In this document: positions 63,135 through 64,000 of the stretch, piece by piece
Layout: each line of letters starts with the position of its first letter
Position numbering within the stretch: position 1 is the stretch's first letter
Assembly (NCBI GenBank): GCA_965242585.1
Contig: OZ251460.1
Coordinates: forward strand, 2,766,692 to 2,830,691
DNA length: 64,000 bases
DNA from: Limisphaerales bacterium
GTDB lineage: Bacteria; Verrucomicrobiota; Verrucomicrobiia; Limisphaerales; AAA164-E04
Direction: 5' to 3'
Notes under the pieces: model-generated
What the model saw: only the letters and a program-made list of their open reading frames with translations
Told to the model about the DNA's origin: nothing
Database searches by the model: none
Translations under genes and position numbers: made by a program

Positions 63135-63332
63135 GGAAAAATCAAAAAATCAGTTCGCTCTTCTATTCTCTTCTATATTCGCGCTTGGGCAACCGTGTTT
63201 CGAGTCCCGTCTGCGCCGCCGAAATCTTGCCATCTTTTTTACCGAGCGCAAGTTAGAAAGAATGATAAAAAGCGTCCAGGCAGTTTCCGCTTTGTTGAGG
63301 TCAAGCTTTCGTGGGTGGATTTGCGTGGTCAT

Positions 63333-63530
63333 TTATCCTTCCATTTCCTGCTTTATTTCCTTGAGGCGGCGGAGGTTTCTTTCAGCTTGTTTTTGGAGTT
63401 TGTCGAGTTGGGCTTGGATGGGGTCCGAGTTTTTGGGTGACTTTTTCGAATTCTTTAATGGCTTCATCATTTTGTAGGCGTCAATGAATTCGTCGCTCGC
63501 TTGCCAGAATGCTTCGGCATCCGCCATCAT
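63333..63530 (-). CDS. Small coiled-coil hypothetical protein
   Basis: 65-aa ORF (..DPIQAQLDKLQKQAERNLRRLKEIKQEMEG). A 38-codon ORF just upstream in another frame (MNTNADEVDRILAQNDEIESQIGKLQEKQEQG) suggests another frameshifted gene. Confidence 0.25.
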   Translation of the reverse strand: MMADAEAFWQASDEFIDAYKMMKPLKNSKKSPKNSDPIQAQLDKLQKQAERNLRRLKEIKQEMEG

Positions 63531-63782
63531 TTTCTCTTGTTTTTCAATGGAGTCGGCTAGAGGTTTATTTCTTCGGTGCCTTGCTCTTGCTTTTCTTGCA
63601 GTTTTCCGATTTGCGATTCGATTTCGTCGTTCTGGGCGAGGATTCGGTCGACTTCGTCGGCGTTCGTGTTCATTCTTTGATCTTTGGTCGGGAGTTATTT
63701 ACTTTTTGATAGCATTCGGCCTGCAGACGCAGCTCGCTGGCGGCGCACTAGACTAGATAAGGAATCATCCACTTCGAAAACT

Positions 63783-64000
63783 CTAAATCGCGCCGAGCTC
63801 GAAACAAGCGATTTTTCCGCAACGAAGCGGCGAGCAATTGTTGACGGCGGCCAAACGTTTCGCTTCCGTCCAATCGTCTTCAGTGTTGATATTGTGAAAC
63901 CGCCATTGATCCGTTTTGGCCACGGAAATCTTCACACTCCGAACCCGCCGAGCCAGTTCCTTCACCGCGCAGAGACCTTGCCGAAGACTTTCCTCCACCG
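63783..64000 (-). CDS. Partial CDS (C-terminus), possibly a MobA-like nucleotidyltransferase
   Basis: The ORF runs off the window end. The tail ..DQWRFHNINTEDDWTEAKRL resembles the F.N.NTPEDL ending of MobA/NTP_transf_3 proteins. This is weak evidence. Confidence 0.3.
   Translation of the reverse strand, partial: VEESLRQGLCAVKELARRVRSVKISVAKTDQWRFHNINTEDDWTEAKRLAAVNNCSPLRCGKIACFELGAI

Noticed and set aside
1-64000. Searched for a reverse transcriptase (DGR or retron), integrase or recombinase, cas genes, rRNA and tRNA.
   Set aside because: No ORF shows RT motifs (YxDD), a Tyr/Ser recombinase signature or Cas signatures. No tRNA T-arm consensus (GGTTCGAATCC-like) or rRNA-like sequence was seen by eye. 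A tRNAscan/Infernal run would be needed to be certain.

Overview
This is a 64-kb chromosomal window of roughly 50-55% GC by eye. It probably comes from a PVC-superphylum bacterium (Planctomycetota/Verrucomicrobiota). That placement is an inference from four things: a Pirellula/Verrucomicrobium-type beta-propeller dehydrogenase paired with a multi-CxxCH/PA14 protein, a Tat-signal Gfo/Idh/MocA oxidoreductase, a long-form IspG, and giant repeat surface proteins.

Core genes present are rseP-ispG, asd, proA, xylA, xylB, dus, aguA, a GT2 glycosyltransferase and an FmdB zinc-ribbon protein.

Small accessory or decayed islets sit between the core genes:
- an AT-rich HNH islet with a truncated methylase (5.0-6.2 kb)
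- an EndoQ-like nuclease next to a gutted DNA-methylase relic (7.5-9.7 kb)
- an AT-rich type II restriction-modification pair followed by a nuclease relic (15.1-18.3 kb)
- an ABC-type ATPase module broken at a homopolymer (26.9-29.4 kb)
- an RND-pump fragment and an IS5 transposase fragment (41.6-43.0 kb)
- a 1684-aa DUF4011-like SF1 helicase-nuclease, divergent from an orphan GAF histidine kinase, with an inverted relic of a second helicase copy 2.5 kb downstream

The candidates I rank highest for a second look:
1. A tightly coupled 7-gene minus-strand operon (18.3-24.9 kb). It ends in a radical-SAM enzyme overlapping a fusion of a DUF116-like module with a polyprenyl synthase. Upstream are a GcvH-like protein, a CobW-type GTPase and Fe-S proteins.
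2. A 1495-aa secreted protein built from about 20 copies of a 'WSDGTTMWV...KIYAY' blade in a 10-5-5 layout, separated by cadherin-like beta-sandwich domains. It lies next to an LRR/Calx-beta/GLUG protein.
3. A 1.9-kb stretch with no convincing gene. It contains a 0.8-kb GC-rich block with a (CAG)6 tract.

I found no rRNA, tRNA, CRISPR array or reverse transcriptase. Several genes are split by frameshifts, so assembly quality needs checking before any of them is called a pseudogene.
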